DNA of 64,000 nt, taken from contig NW_015167588.1 in the NCBI RefSeq assembly GCF_001447785.1, forward strand, positions 131,884 to 195,883. The letters are read 5' to 3'. The position numbers were made by a program, and so were the translations under genes. The notes beneath the pieces are model-generated. The model searched no databases. It had not been told where the DNA came from and worked only from the letters and a program-made list of their open reading frames with translations. Position 1 is the first letter of the stretch, and every line of letters starts with the position of its first letter. Of this stretch, positions 11,294-21,779 are shown piece after piece. The stretch is from Gekko japonicus (Eukaryota).

Positions 11294-12548
11294 AGACAGG
11301 TTGCTTACCTGTAACTGGTGATCTTCGAGTGGTCATCTGTGCATTCACACCCTTGGGAATACTCTGCGCCTGCGCTGACCTTCTCGGTACCGATAGCTAG
11401 CAAAAGGGATTTTCGCGCCTCTCCCAGGTCACGCGCCGGCTCCACTGCGCATGACCAAGGAGGGGCACGCAGATCCCGCCAGTTCCTTCTGACCGCCGCC
11501 CAACAGCCTTCAAAGAAACAAGATGAAGGGCCGAGAGCAGAGGGGAAGGAGGGCGGGTGGTGTGAATGCACAGATGACCACTCGAAGATCACCAGTTACA
11601 GGTAAGCAACCTGTCTATCTTCTTCGTGGTCTCTGTGCATCACACCCTTGGGAGAATAGCAAGCAATAACTCTTACCTGGAGGAGGGGCCGAGGCCCTAC
11701 ACCTGCGCCGTCTGCAAAATAGACCGACCCAACGCCACACGACGAGTAGACCGGACATCAAGGGCATAATGCTTCACGAAGGTGAGCGGAGTAGCCCAAG
11801 TCGCAGCGTTGCAGATGTCCTCCAATGGCATCCCTCTCAGGAAAGCTGTGGAAGCCGCCACCGCCCTTGTAGAGTGGGCGCGAAGTTGACCTGGAAGAGG
11901 TCTCTTAGCCAAAGCGTAACATAGCTTGATTACTTCCACAATCCACCTGGACAGCGTCTGGGAAGAGATCTTCTTCCCCAGGGAGGGCATACTGTGAGCA
12001 ACAAACAAGGCAGGAGACTGACGAAAAGACTTGGTCCTGCCCAAATAGAACAGCAACGCCCTCTTAACATCCAGAGAGTGCAATTTCCGTTCCTCTTCAT
12101 TGGCAGGAGACGGGAAAAATGACGGCAAAACTATATCTGAACGTAGATGAAACTCCGAAACGACTTTCGGTAAGAAGGAGATGTCCAAAGACAACGACAC
12201 CCCATGAGGGGAAAAAATCAAGTATGGTGGATCACACCTTAAAGCAGACAACTCACTGACTCGACGAGCAGAAGTAATGGCCACCAGAAACGCAGTCTTG
12301 AGCGATAACAACTTTAGAGAGCAAGTGGCCAGTGGTTCGAAGGGTTTTCCCATCAAAAACCGCAAAACTAAAGCCAAATCCCAGGCCGGAGTCGGAGAAC
12401 GACGGGGAGGGTACAGGCGAATAAGACCTTTACAAAACTGTTTCGTCTGAGGATGCGAGAAAACTGAAAACCCATCAATAGATGGATGAAAAGCTGACAC
12501 CGCAGCTAAATACACCTTAACTGAAGAAAAACTGAGTCCCAAGTCACA
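11294..12548 (-). mobile_element. DIRS1-like tyrosine-recombinase retrotransposon, 3' portion (YR ORF + ICR + right ITR), 5'-truncated
   Basis: YR ORF plus a perfect 58-bp inverted repeat (11294-11351 / 11559-11616) and an adjoining imperfect direct copy (11617-11653 vs 11321-11358), the ITR/ICR layout of DIRS1 elements. Confidence 0.92.
11697..12542 (-). CDS. DIRS1-type tyrosine recombinase, N-terminally truncated, uninterrupted frame
   Basis: 281 codons with catalytic motifs TSARRVSEL (R), AHSTR (HxxR), ATW and FVKHY (Y); starts at TTG, so not a true start. Confidence 0.9.
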   Translation of the reverse strand: MGLSFSSVKVYLAAVSAFHPSIDGFSVFSHPQTKQFCKGLIRLYPPRRSPTPAWDLALVLRFLMGKPFEPLATCSLKLLSLKTAFLVAITSARRVSELSALRCDPPYLIFSPHGVSLSLDISFLPKVVSEFHLRSDIVLPSFFPSPANEEERKLHSLDVKRALLFYLGRTKSFRQSPALFVAHSMPSLGKKISSQTLSRWIVEVIKLCYALAKRPLPGQLRAHSTRAVAASTAFLRGMPLEDICNAATWATPLTFVKHYALDVRSTRRVALGRSILQTAQV

Positions 12549-12967
12549 AAAAGTTCTATTTTTCCTTTAAGGCATTTACTAGCAGGTAACTGGCTGAGTA
12601 TGTGAAGGATGCAAAGGGTTGTGTGATACCTAATAGTTCTGGCTGCTTCTTTTAGTGTGAAACAGTAGCCAATGCACACAGTAACCACTGCACACATTTT
12701 TATTGGCGTGATATTGGGGAAAGGAATTAAATGAATTATTCCACCACCACCCCCAACATCAAAAGGTATTTACTTATTTACTTCATTTATAGCCCACTTT
12801 TTTCCCAACTGAGACCCAAAGCAGTTTACATTATTTTTCTGTATTCCATTTTATCCTCACTACCCTGTGAGACAGATTAAGCTGAGAGTGTGACTGGTTC
12901 AAAGTCAGAAGGCATCCATGGTGGAATGGGATCCAAACCCCAGTCTGGCATCAGATCCTATTCTGCC

Positions 12968-13236
12968 ACCAGTTTGGCGTAGTGGTTAGGAGCACAGCCT
13001 CTAATTTTGGAGAACTGGGTTTGATTCCCCACTCCTCCACATGCAGCTGCTGGTGTGATCTTGGGACAGTTACAAGTTATTTCAGAGCAGTTCTCGAAAG
13101 AGCTCTCTCAGCCCCACCTACCTCACGGGGTGTCTATTGAGGAGAAGGGAAGGGAAAGGAGATTGTAAGCCGCTCTGAGGCTAATTCGGGTAGTGAAGGG
13201 CAGGGTATAAATCCAGTTTCCTCCTCCTCTTCTTCC
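12968..13236 (+). mobile_element. tRNA-derived SINE (Squam3-like), near full length
   Basis: A-box TGGCGTAGTGG, B-box GGTTTGATTCC, 3' end TGTAAGCCGCTCTGAG...GGGTATAAAT followed by a pyrimidine tail; nested in an oppositely oriented SINE (~12775-12960). Confidence 0.8.
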
Positions 13237-13363
13237 TAACTGCTACACTATGTCAAAAACCCATTTGATATATTTATAGATGGATATAATCCAAGTAAGC
13301 CAACAGCTGATCTGCCAGTGTCCACACTTGTCAAAGAACTTGTAAAAAAACTATTTCACTTAC

Positions 13364-13456
13364 CCTCATCTTCTGCTGGCAAAGATCTTCAAGTTTTTGG
13401 GCTTCTTCCTTCAGCATTTTCACACAGCTGTTCTGGTCTGCTTCCATTGTTCTTAC
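13364..13456 (-). CDS. NDC80: NDC80 exon 14
   Basis: VRTMEADQNSCVKMLKEEAQKLEDLCQQKMR. Confidence 0.9.
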
Positions 13457-13971
13457 CTAAAAGAATGTGCTTTTAATTAAAAGCTATTAATAGCAGTAAC
13501 AGGGAGAAAAACTCATCCTCAAGAAGCATGTAGTACTTTCCAATTCCAGCATAGAGCTATCCTTTATCTTGGGAGTTTGCATTCAAGTTATAGAGTATAC
13601 AGAATATGTCCCAGCATGCTGTCCAAGTGCTCATCAAGTATGGGGGATCAAGCACCCTATCAGACATGGTTTCTGAAGATTCTACATTTCAATTAAAAAA
13701 CCCTGGCCTACATGCAGACCAAAGTTTGAAAAATGCAGAGGCTGCATCTGCTGAACAAAATCAGAATGTAGCTAATAAGGGCATCCATGATCTGCCTAGC
13801 TTACTATACTTTTCTACTATCTATCCCCATTTCACTTACAGCCTACCTGTACTTAAGTCTGTAGACAACATGAAACCTCGTAAGCCTGCATCACAGAGCT
13901 GTACATAGGTTCTTGATTATAGTATATAATGCAAAGGACCTCTGATGGGACAGAAGTACTGAAACACATAC

Positions 13972-14061
13972 CTGTTCCAAGGTATCCTCTAAGGAATTCT
14001 TTTTCTTGGTAGCATTAGCAATCTCCTCTTCTGTCTTGTTTATCAGGTGAATAAGGGGAGT
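13972..14061 (-). CDS. NDC80: NDC80 exon 13
   Basis: TPLIHLINKTEEEIANATKKKNSLEDTLEQ. Confidence 0.92.
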
Positions 14062-14653
14062 CTGCAGTGAATGTACAAATCATAGAAAATCATGAATTTT
14101 TTGTATTCATAGGTGGAATCATGCTGGTTTTACAGCATTTTTAGAACAAGTGAAGCATTTTAAAAAGCAGAACTCATACTGATGTTGATAGCAGGTCCTA
14201 CTCTTGACAAACCTGTTTATGAACACACACTAGAACAAACACACTATAATATTTGTTTATATAACCCACCTCTTTCCAAAAGTGACTTACAACATTTTCT
14301 TCTCATCTGTTTTATCCTTGCAATAACCCTGTGAGGTAAAGTTAGGCTCAAAGTATGTGACTGGCATATATCCCCTAAAGTTAACACACTTAAGACAAAA
14401 TATGAACAGGTAATATACCACAGTATTATAAACCAACAGAGAGTACATTTCAATAAGCACAGTGCTTATAGCTGTTACTCTACATACCAAACAACAAACA
14501 ATTTTCTACTTGCCCCTGACTGCAAAGAGCAAGCTGTGTATGTTTGGAATAAGTTATGTTGTCTTAATAAATTTCAATCTAGACCACGTGCTTATCTTAA
14601 GTTTGAAATTGCATTAAAAATGAGAATTTTCACCGTAACACATGCCAACTTAC

Positions 14654-14806
14654 ATGAATCTGAGCTTTGTATTTGACCAGACAACTTCGCCCTGCATCAG
14701 GATTAAACTTGATCTCAAAGTCAAAGCCACCAGAATTCTCTGAATTTATAGGAATTAGTTTCAGCTTTCGGGCCAGTTTATGGTAGTCTGCTAACTGGTT
14801 TTCAAT
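14654..14806 (-). CDS. NDC80: NDC80 exon 12 (loop region)
   Basis: [51 protein letters not shown]. Confidence 0.95.
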
Positions 14807-15205
14807 CTGTTACAGAGGAAAGGGAGAGATAGAGAGTACACCTTTAAAACCTTGTACTATTTTCCCTTAAAAATTATATGACACAGTAAAAATTATTCCA
14901 TAACCATGTATGTATTTGGTCTTTCAACATATAAAACCCCCTTTTCATATTGTTTTAAAGGGAGCGATTTAAACATTTCAGTAGTAATTTGACTGCTGCC
15001 TAGATCTTCATAGAATAGAGATCAGCTTTAGTTGCAGTGGTCCCAATCAAAAACATGTGTTGTTGCAGCCAAAGCAGACTCCAGTGCCTTGGAAACATAA
15101 CAAAATTGACCAAGCACCACCCTGACTGGCTTGCAAATTCCTTGATCAAGACTAGGAATATATGTATGGTTGTTCCAAAAACTGTGTTTCTGTCAGTTCA
15201 CGTAC

Positions 15206-15411
15206 CGCTTCTTTCCCTCTAGCATAATTTAATTCCTCATTCCACAACTGATGCTGTTCTGTCTCCAGCTCCTTGGTTAATTTACTGACTGCCTGTTTCA
15301 ATTCCTCCCTTTCACAGTTTAGTCTTTCAATATCTGCCACGGAGTACTTTTGATTATCACAAATATGCTTCAGACGAATGTTTTCCTGTTTTAATGCTTC
15401 AATTTCCATGG
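15206..15411 (-). CDS. NDC80: NDC80 exon 11
   Basis: [31 protein letters not shown]...[14 protein letters not shown]. Confidence 0.95.
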
Positions 15412-16095
15412 CTAAATTGAAAAAAAAAAGACAAAGATAAAACTTTGTTAGGAATAAAGAATGCCCCCCCCCAAAAAAATCTGGTAGAATTAATCTGCAT
15501 TTTATTTTCTTGGGCTAATATTAGGATTCCACTTAAGCGTGTATATAAAAGTATCCTTACTTTTCTCACATTTGTGACTTCTTGAAAGGCATGAGAAGTT
15601 AACAGTATTATAAAAGGAGAGACATTTAAATCATCCAGGATTAGGGGCTGTATGCTCCCACATGAACCCGCCAGACTGTTCCAAACCTCAGAGGTTCTGC
15701 TCTGTACACGCCACTTTTAGAGGAAAGGCAGGTGCCACTATGGAGCATTCTCTGTTGTGGCTTCTTGTTTATAGACCTTTATCCATGCAGCATTCACCTG
15801 ATTCCCCACACTTTTGTGTTTTACGTGCCATGTGATAACATTTTCCTTTGATCAGGCTTTTGCATACAAGTTGTGCTTATGCCTTCTGTTGGATTTTGCC
15901 ATTGCTGTTTTGCTTATCAGTTTGAAAGTTATGCTCTTATTTTATTGTATTTTATAATTGTGTAAGCTGTCTTGAGCATCCCCCTAGTTTGTAGGCAAGA
16001 ATACAAGTGTATTATTAGATTGCAGAATTTCATATTCTTTCAACCAAGAACTAAGGTTTTTTTTAAGTTATTGAGAAATAGCATTTTGGTCTCAC

Positions 16096-16240
16096 CAGCA
16101 GCCTCAAGCTCTTCATCAATATCCTTTGACTTTTGACCAATATTGTTTGAGTGCAATTCCAGGTTAGCCATATAAGCCTCATATTTCTGAACATCTGCCT
16201 GTAAAGATGATTTCAGTTTCCGCAGGGTCACCAGGCGATC
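16096..16240 (-). CDS. NDC80: NDC80 exon 10
   Basis: [30 protein letters not shown]... Confidence 0.93.
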
Positions 16241-16364
16241 CTTTTACATTAAAAATTAAGAGAGGGAAGAAATTGCAACAAAATTATAAAATGTTTTACA
16301 AAAAGCAAAGGAATATTTTATACAGCTGTTGTAGTTGTCCCATGCCCATGCAGCCATTACTAAC

Positions 16365-16471
16365 AGGTTCATTTTCTCTTTCCTTCTCACGCTTTGCAAT
16401 CAACTCATTCAGGCTTTTTTCTTCGGCTTCTAGTGTCTCTACACGATTTTCAGCTACTTGAAATAGATCCT
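16365..16471 (-). CDS. NDC80: NDC80 exon 9
   Basis: DLFQVAENRVETLEAEEKSLNELIAKREKERENEP. Confidence 0.93.
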
Positions 16472-17028
16472 CTGAAAGAAAAGAAGTAAAACCAAAATAA
16501 CCTACTAAACATAACCTACTAGGATGCAAAAGTTAGTGTTTGCTTTTGTAGATGCCCTTACAAATCCCCCCACATTACACTTATTTTATACAATAACTAG
16601 AATTAAACATTTACTGTATATAAAATCTTTCCTGCTGTATCTCACTGCACACCTTGTTCCCAAGTGTCAGGGGACCTGTAGAAACATAATAGTATATGAT
16701 GCAAGAGGCTGCAGGCTGAGAGGAAAAGCCACAGAAACTGGGGATCTCTCTCTCCACAAGCAGAAATTGTTTTGAAAAACACATTTGGATCCAAGCCACT
16801 ATATTTAACAATAGGGACCTGCTATCATCTTTTTGTCCAGAAAGACCAATTGAGTTGTATCCAGATTAAACTGGCACTTTCTACCAATTTCCCGGATTCC
16901 CCCCTCCATGTCAGGAGCATTTTGTTGAGATCAATGGTCCACAGTGGGGGGAGGGCAATAGGAAAGTTCCATTCTGCCACTGGAAAATTCAGTCTGGATT
17001 TAACCCCATGTTTTCAAATGATAACCAC

Positions 17029-19382
17029 TAGGAATGTGTGCTCACGTATAGCTAGTCCTAATATATATCCGAAAAATACCTTATCTGTATTTTCTGAATA
17101 TATTTGGGGGTCCTGATGGTATTTGGGATTTTCCATTACACTGGGAAATGGGTCCTGAAAAGTCCCAGAAATATTTCGGAGTAACCAGGAATATCAAGAG
17201 CTAGCGTCTGAAGGCTCCCAGGACTCTTTTCCCTTAATTTTTTCCCGTGTATCTGTGCCTTCCCGAGGCTTGGTATCAGCTTGTCATGTTGGTTTGGCTT
17301 TGATTCTGCCCTTTGACATGGGTTTTGTTGATCTTACAACATTGTGTTCTTTGCCTGAGTTGGTGTCAGACTCCCACAGCATCAACGAAGTACACACTTG
17401 CAGAAAGGTTTTACTTTATTTGAAGCTATAGGTGCATTAACAGGATCACTGTTCAGAATGAGGGGTGAGCAATGAGTATAATAGGTTATAGTACATTCAA
17501 AAAGCTGAGATCCAATTGCGGGACTTCCCGCGCGTGCCATTGGGCCTGGGAGCAAACGCTTCTAGATAACATAACATATCTGCTTCTCACGGTTCTCACT
17601 ATGAGATCACCCAAGCAACTATTCGGCAGCAACCACCTGTGGCCTTGAGAGATATGGATGTTCCTGCAGCTAGGCAATTAAGCGCATCAACGGTTATACA
17701 TGGGAAAGGGAAAGCACACAAGCGCATACCTACAGTAGCAAGAAAGGAAAAAAAAACCCTTTGGCAGCTTGCTGACAGTTGGTTTGTGTTGAGTTTGTGA
17801 TTTGCAGTGGATTCTCTGATTTTACATTTGTTGGACTTTTAGCAGCAGCAGTCCTATTTGGTTTATCTTGGTTGATTCTCTGGTTTGATATTGGCTTGTA
17901 TTTTCAGGTTGTACATTTGTTGTGTCAGGTTTGCCCAGGCCCCTAGCTAAGGTGGGGCTTTGGGGGGCTCTGCTCCCTTTCTTAAAGGCACAACCCCAGA
18001 AGATTTTCTTCTGTAAATGCTTTTTTCAGTCATTTAAAAACATTTTTTAAAGTAGTGTGCTACTTTAATCAGAGTGGGGTGCTGTAGTTGACTAATTCCT
18101 GCACTGAGCAAGGGGGTTGGAGTTGGTGACCTCTAGGAGCTAACTCTGTATCAAGAAGATGGTCTCCTTTAAGAGAGTTTTTCTGCCTAAGTGTTAGCTT
18201 TCTTGACTATAGAAGTCATCACCCCCACCTGTGGGTTATCAGAATTGTTGCTTAGGCTGGCAGAAGTTATTAACGTGCAGCAGCCGAGAACTGTCATCGA
18301 AAGTGGTTGACAGCTTGCAATTTAGAGATCTATCCTAGTAACAGCTTTCTTTTGGCTAAATGGTTAAGAACACCTATGTAGAACAGACAACTTGAGAAGA
18401 CTCAGAGAGAGAGGAGACGGCCTCGAAGCTCTCTTCAACTTCTACCCTGCTGCTATGCTTCTAGAGACTCTGCTAATCAGGAACGCCAGTTGAGATGCCA
18501 AAGCTATCCACCTGATAGGAAAAGTAGTGAGTAGAATAGCCAGCTAGGTTTTTTGTTTGTTTGCATTCCTTGCTGAACTGTATAATTCTTTCTCCTATGT
18601 GTTGTTTGCCCTTTGTTTTTGTAAATAAAGTTTTATGTGTTTTTATACAAATTGGAGTGAGTTTACTGGCTAAACCCAGATAAATATTTCCAGTGTCATG
18701 CCTACCATCTACCAAAATTTATCCCACCCCCCCTTCTCAGTCTGCTATTGTCACACTTTGCGGCTAAGATTTGCAGAAGCCTCTATGCTTGATTTTAAAA
18801 GGCTCGATTCCACAGTAGCAGAGTCATGATCCTCAGAATTCTGGCTTTTCTTTCTGCACAGAGAACCTCAGCCCCACCAGAAAAGAATTTGCCCCCAAAT
18901 CCTCGCTATGGGCTTGGGCTTGCCACGTTGCCCCAAACTTCTTCTGGTATTCCTGGTTCTGCATTGGCTCTTTGGGCTTGTTAGTTTTATTTCCTATGAG
19001 AAGTTTTTGCCTAGTGGTTGTTTTGCTTCTCTTGTGGCTACTGAGAAAGCACAGCAAACAATGAAGGATGGCTGGAGGCACCTTGTGCAGGGGTCCACAG
19101 AATTGGCTCTTATGGTCCAATTCTCTTGAAATTTGGGGTTTATTAGATAGACAGGCATCAGCAGCTCTGCTGCAGTTTTGGTGCCATTTGGTCAAAAAAA
19201 TACCCCCTCCAGCCCTCTTGAAAGATTCCACATAAGGAATAATAGAGCCAAATAGTATTGGAATCCCAGGGGGGGAAAACCCAGATCCAAACACCAAACT
19301 GGTATTTGGAACCTGAATATTTTTTGGCTCCCTGATATCTGGATCTGAGAAATAGTAATGTTTTTCAAGGTGCACATCCCTA
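17029..19382. mobile_element. composite non-autonomous hAT-like element with nested insertions
   Basis: Termini TAGGAATGTGTGC / GTGCACATCCCTA; 8-bp TSD ATAACCAC (17021-17028) / ATAACTAC (19383-19390); internal segment homologous to 58762-59360. Confidence 0.7.
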
Positions 19383-19989
19383 ATAACTACCCATGGCTAG
19401 AATGCAATCTTCAATCATTATAAACTCTGTATTAAAAACTGCATCATTATGTGTCTTTTCCATATCCGGATTTTGTATTCTGGTTTGATTCAAAATATCT
19501 TCTCAGAGATGGTCCTTATATACATCCCACAGATAAGGATTTGAAATGGCACAAACTCGTAGCATAGTAACAAACAAATTCTGTAACATTTCGTTGAGGG
19601 TGTAATTTCTGCTTCCTCTTATTCCAATAAGCACCATCCTCAAGAATATCTCTTAATTGGCAAGCTTGTCTGAAGATATATTTCACCCTCTTTGTCTCTG
19701 TTTCTGCTATCTTTGTCATAAAACATTAAAGGCCTGTGTCCTGAGTTGGACCTAAAAAGGTGGCAAAAGCTTTTTAGAAAAGGCTTGTGGAATGCTGAAT
19801 TTGTAGTCTAATGCACATGCAAAGCCTACTCTGTATAAAGGTTTACTTTAGCCAGGTAGACAATTTGCTGCAAAGTTTACTCTAGCTATTCTTGTAGAAG
19901 TTACTGTTGCAAAGAAACCAAGAGCTAGTCACACAGTGATCAAAGGTATATTTGGGGGAAGGCAATATGAAACAGAACTATTGCCACAG

Positions 19990-20520
19990 ATTCTGTTTTC
20001 ACTGATTACTTCTCTCACAGGTATGTAGTGCTCATCACTGAAGGCTTGAAGAGATAATGGTGCTGAACTCTTACAAACACAATTCATTATGGTTCTTGTG
20101 AGTGTTTTTACTTCACTGTGCATCACATGTACCAAAGGCTCTTCTTTCTGGAACACTCCAGTGAACTTTGTGAATAAGCGGGCACTCATGCAATAAAGCA
20201 TCGCCTCTGCTTTTATTGTCTCATGTTTTAAGAGGTTAATTATGTTTGTATATGTTGTGGAAGATTTCACCAAATCACTTTTACTCTTAGGAACAAAGTC
20301 CTTAAAGTACTCCATAACTGAACTAAAAACAATCTGTCTTCTCACTGGGAAGTCGTCATGTTTCTCCCACAATGCAGTAATGAAAACAAAAAAAACACAA
20401 ACTGTATTCACAAAAATTAGAAATACTGACTTTACTGACCTTTTTTTAAAAACTGACAACTTACTGACCAAGACGAAAAAACTGCCTTTTACTGATTTTA
20501 CTGCCCATTTCCCACCCCTG
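19990..20520 (-). mobile_element. decayed hAT-like transposon: one TIR plus a transposase fragment
   Basis: Terminus CAGGGTGGGAAATGGGCAGTAAAA at 20520; peptide YFKDF...YTNIINLL...LFTKFTGVFQKEEPLVHVMHSEVKTLTRTIM resembles hAT transposase C-terminal half. Confidence 0.55.
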
Positions 20521-20618
20521 AAGATATTTCAGGGTAATAAATAACTGAGAAATTCCACTTCTCCATAGCAAAATACAGCAACATTAATGGGTTCTAATGC
20601 ATTAAGAATACCTTCTTA

Positions 20619-20773
20619 TCCCCCTAGCGCACCCCCTGGTTCGGAGCCCTCTCTCTGAGGGCTCCTTAGGATCTCCGCTGGCGCGGGACCCCCCCGGGCT
20701 GTGCTTGGGCGATCCGGCTCTGGGAGACGTCCCAAGAGCCGGTCGCCATCCGCGCCGCCGAAACCGGAAGTTC
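20619..20773 (-). mobile_element. 155-bp CpG-rich insertion resembling an L1 5' terminus, with 20-bp TSD
   Basis: Flanked by perfect GCATTAAGAATACCTTCTTA (20599-20618, 20774-20793); begins GAACTTCCGG...GATGGCG on the minus strand; no poly(A). Confidence 0.7.
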
Positions 20774-21365
20774 GCATTAAGAATACCTTCTTACTCATTT
20801 ATGCTTAGTCCACAGGGCCTTCTAATAGAGCTGTAGCACGATTGCCTATAATGCTGATGGTGTGCTTGCAAGCCTAAATAAATTTTGTTTTCCTAATGAA
20901 TTCAGTTCACATCTGATAAATATTCACAGGAAAGTTCTAAGTCAGACAGCTAGCTCTTTTTCTGGTAAAAGAAAAATCTACCAAGATTAGCAGATCTGAT
21001 TAGTGTGTAGAAAGGAAATTAAAAGGAGGAAATTCCCAATTATGTTGTACTGAAGATGCAAGCATTTGGTTTATTTAGTAAAACCAATAAATGACAAGTC
21101 TAATACAGATCCTAGTACTCCATTTCCAACAGCACCAGAAAGCACAACAGCTCCAATATTAGTTTGTTGACTATCAAGACAGATTTGCAGGTAAGCATGC
21201 ACACACACTATTTCTTTCAAAATAACCTTCTGAAACCCAGTCAAAGAATCCTGGAACACCTAGTTGATACACTAGGAAAGAAAGAGGTATGTCAAATGTG
21301 AATATTAATATTTAATATTCTACCTTATATTTGAAAGATACATTACTATTGAAAAACCTACTTAC

Positions 21366-21459
21366 TTAATTTTGATTGTATTTCAGCATCAAATTCTTCA
21401 TATGTGTCTCCACCTCTCATAAAGTGGTCATAACATTTTATGGAATAATCCAAAAACAG
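21366..21459 (-). CDS. NDC80: NDC80 exon 8
   Basis: [31 protein letters not shown]. Confidence 0.95.
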
Positions 21460-21779
21460 CTGAGGAAAAAATTACACAAATCTGTTGGATTTTAGGATTT
21501 TTTTTTTTAAAGGAGCAGAAACTAACATTGAATTATAGGTCAAATTTGCAAAATAATTTAGATGAATGTTATTCTCAACAACCACATTTTCCTGAGTCAA
21601 TAGTACATTTAAAAAAATAAGAAACAAAAGCAAAATTAATCAGAGCCAAAACATAATTCTGAATAAACATAAGACTTTGTTTTTGTATTTTGGAAAACAC
21701 TGCAATCCTAAACAGAGTCAAAACTTTCTAAATTCAATGACCTTAGAAGGAGATAGTTTGGTTTTGGATTAACACTGTA

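Noticed and set aside
11305-11605. Two mirror-image 95-aa ORFs with identical N- and C-termini on opposite strands
   Set aside because: Artefact of the 58-bp inverted repeat of the DIRS ITR/ICR; not genes
11697-12542. Phage/integron-like integrase suggesting bacterial contamination or horizontal transfer
   Set aside because: Motifs and ITR/ICR are DIRS1-type and the element lies in a vertebrate NDC80 intron
12968-13040. tRNA gene
   Set aside because: A/B boxes present but no convincing cloverleaf; continues into a multi-copy SINE body
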